In this document: one piece after another, positions 62,619 to 64,000 of the stretch
Numbering within the stretch: the first letter of the stretch is position 1
How the letters are laid out: every line of letters begins with the position of its first letter
Assembly: GCA_050013595.1 (NCBI GenBank)
Contig: JBEKEY010000001.1
Coordinates: 10,044 to 74,043 of the forward strand
Direction: 5' to 3'
Length of the DNA: 64,000 bases
DNA from: Thermoplasmata archaeon
GTDB lineage: Archaea; Thermoplasmatota; Thermoplasmata; Lutacidiplasmatales; UBA184
Made by a program: the position numbers and the translations under genes
The notes under the pieces: generated by a model
Told to the model about the DNA's origin: nothing
The model's input: only the letters and a program-made list of their open reading frames with translations
The model's database searches: none

Positions 62619-64000
62619 ATGCCCGCGAAACCTCGAGTGAAGATCTCGGGCCTTTCCCCTCCCGTTCTGGCCGAGCGGCGACCGGTCGTCGACACCTATC
62701 ATTCCGTCTCGGTACCCGACGACTACCGTTGGCTCGAGGACGGGAAGGACCGCGAAGTACGTCGATGGACCGCTGCGCAGAGCGCTCGAGCCCGCGAGTT
62801 CCTGGATGCGCTGCCGCAGCGCAAGGCGATCGTCCACCGATTTCAGGAGCTCTCGCGAAAGGGGTTCGCCTACTACGGTGGGTTCCAGTGCGCCGGGGGC
62901 CGCCTCTTCGCCCTCAAGTGGGACTCTCGCAAGAATCGCCCTCGGCTGGTGGTGTTCGATTCGCTCGACGACCTGGGCCGGGAGAGGGTCCTCCTCGACC
63001 TGGAACAGCTCGCCCGGCCAGGGAGCACGACCGACATCGACTTCTTCGTGCCGTCCTGGAACGGCCGCCTCGTCGCCGCGAGCCTCTCCGAAGGTGGGAG
63101 CGAGAAGGGGGACGTCCATCTCTTCGATGTCTCGTCGGGAGAACCGCGGGATGAGGTCGTGCACCGGACCCATGGGGTCGGGGGAGGTTCGGTGGCCTGG
63201 GCGCCCGACGGCCGCGGATTCCTCTACGTTCGCTATCCCCGCGCGGGAGAGCGACCCCCCGAGGACCTGGACTTCTACCAGCAGGTCTACTTTCACCGTC
63301 TCGGAAGTTCGGACGAGGACGACACCTACGCGGTCGGGAAGGAGTTCCCGCGCATCGCTCAGGTACGGCTCGCGAGCCACCCCGAACGGGAACAGTATCT
63401 CGCCACGGTCGCCCACGGCGACGGGGGCCAGTACGAACATTGGACCGGGGACGGGACGCCCCGATGGACCCGGGTGAGCGACCCGACGGACGAGGTCTTC
63501 CGTGCCGAGCTGGGCCGGGACGGCCACCTCTACCTCATCTCTCGTACGGGGGCTCCCCGGGGCTGTCTCCTCCGCGTGTCGAAGCGGAACGGAACGGTGG
63601 CGGACGCCGAACCCTTGCTCCCCGAGCGGGATTGGATCCTCGAGGACCTGGCCACGACTCCGCGCTTCCTCTTCCTCAAGGAGCAGTTGGGCGGCCTCGG
63701 GCGGTTAGAACGGCTCAATCTGCGGACCGGGGCCGTCGCCGAGGTTCCCCTCCCGCCGGTCTCCGCTATCCGCGAAATGACCCCCCTCGACGCCGACCGG
63801 GTGTTGTTCGGCGTGTCCACGTTCCTTGCTCCTCCCTCGTACTTCGTCGCCGCGGGGAAGGGCGCTCCGTTACCCACGCCCCTTTCCTCTCCTCCGCCCG
63901 CGGACCTTTCGGGCTGGGACGTGGTCCGCGACCTCGCTACCTCGAAGGACGGGACCCAGGTCCCGATCAGCATCATCGTACCGAAAGGATGGGTGCGAGA
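62619..64000 (+). CDS. Prolyl oligopeptidase (S9A), runs off the window end
   Basis: Manual translation from ATG 62619: PVVDTYHSVSVPDDYRWLED, SEGGSE, VAWAPDGRGFLYVRYP, VYFHRLG, SKDGTQVPI. Confidence 0.9.
   Translation, partial: MPAKPRVKISGLSPPVLAERRPVVDTYHSVSVPDDYRWLEDGKDREVRRWTAAQSARAREFLDALPQRKAIVHRFQELSRKGFAYYGGFQCAGGRLFALKWDSRKNRPRLVVFDSLDDLGRERVLLDLEQLARPGSTTDIDFFVPSWNGRLVAASLSEGGSEKGDVHLFDVSSGEPRDEVVHRTHGVGGGSVAWAPDGRGFLYVRYPRAGERPPEDLDFYQQVYFHRLGSSDEDDTYAVGKEFPRIAQVRLASHPEREQYLATVAHGDGGQYEHWTGDGTPRWTRVSDPTDEVFRAELGRDGHLYLISRTGAPRGCLLRVSKRNGTVADAEPLLPERDWILEDLATTPRFLFLKEQLGGLGRLERLNLRTGAVAEVPLPPVSAIREMTPLDADRVLFGVSTFLAPPSYFVAAGKGAPLPTPLSSPPPADLSGWDVVRDLATSKDGTQVPISIIVPKGWVR

Noticed and set aside
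1..64000. CRISPR array, rRNA genes, IS transposases
   Set aside because: No regularly spaced repeats, rRNA-like tracts or transposase motifs seen by eye

Overview
High-GC archaeal chromosomal window. Fibrillarin, archaeal-type tRNAs without encoded CCA, an AbrB-PhoU regulator, an HPS-RraA fusion and TATA-like boxes about 25-30 nt before many starts point to Thermoplasmata; a high-GC soil or peat lineage is an inference. Contents in order: housekeeping genes (DUF885, RidA, fibrillarin); a tightly coupled six-gene membrane operon at 3.5-10.1 kb; an MNT-HEPN toxin-antitoxin pair and an orphan DNA methyltransferase; hxlA fusion, truA, pstSCAB-phoU and tRNA-Glu; a ~24 kb amine/amino-acid catabolic region (four class III aminotransferases, three aldehyde dehydrogenases, amidohydrolases, an Opp ABC transporter, glnA, Lrp); tRNA-Leu followed by a ~1 kb att-bounded RelE-type TA islet; an osmolyte cluster (MscS, TreT-like GT4, HAD, GH15); a two-subunit molybdo-oxidoreductase; a proline dehydrogenase/sarcosine oxidase-like pair; and a prolyl oligopeptidase cut by the window end. 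The best candidate for an undescribed system is the 3.5-10.1 kb operon. It encodes a surface Ig/PKD protein with a cytoplasmic wHTH, a VirB2-like pilin, a VirB6/CedA-like protein, a PrgI/VirB3-like protein, a 4-TM protein and a VirB4/CedB-like ATPase. No relaxase, coupling protein or integrase is visible in the window, so it resembles a domesticated Ced/Ted-like DNA-transfer machine outside the Crenarchaeota. All calls come from reading motifs by eye; no searches were run.
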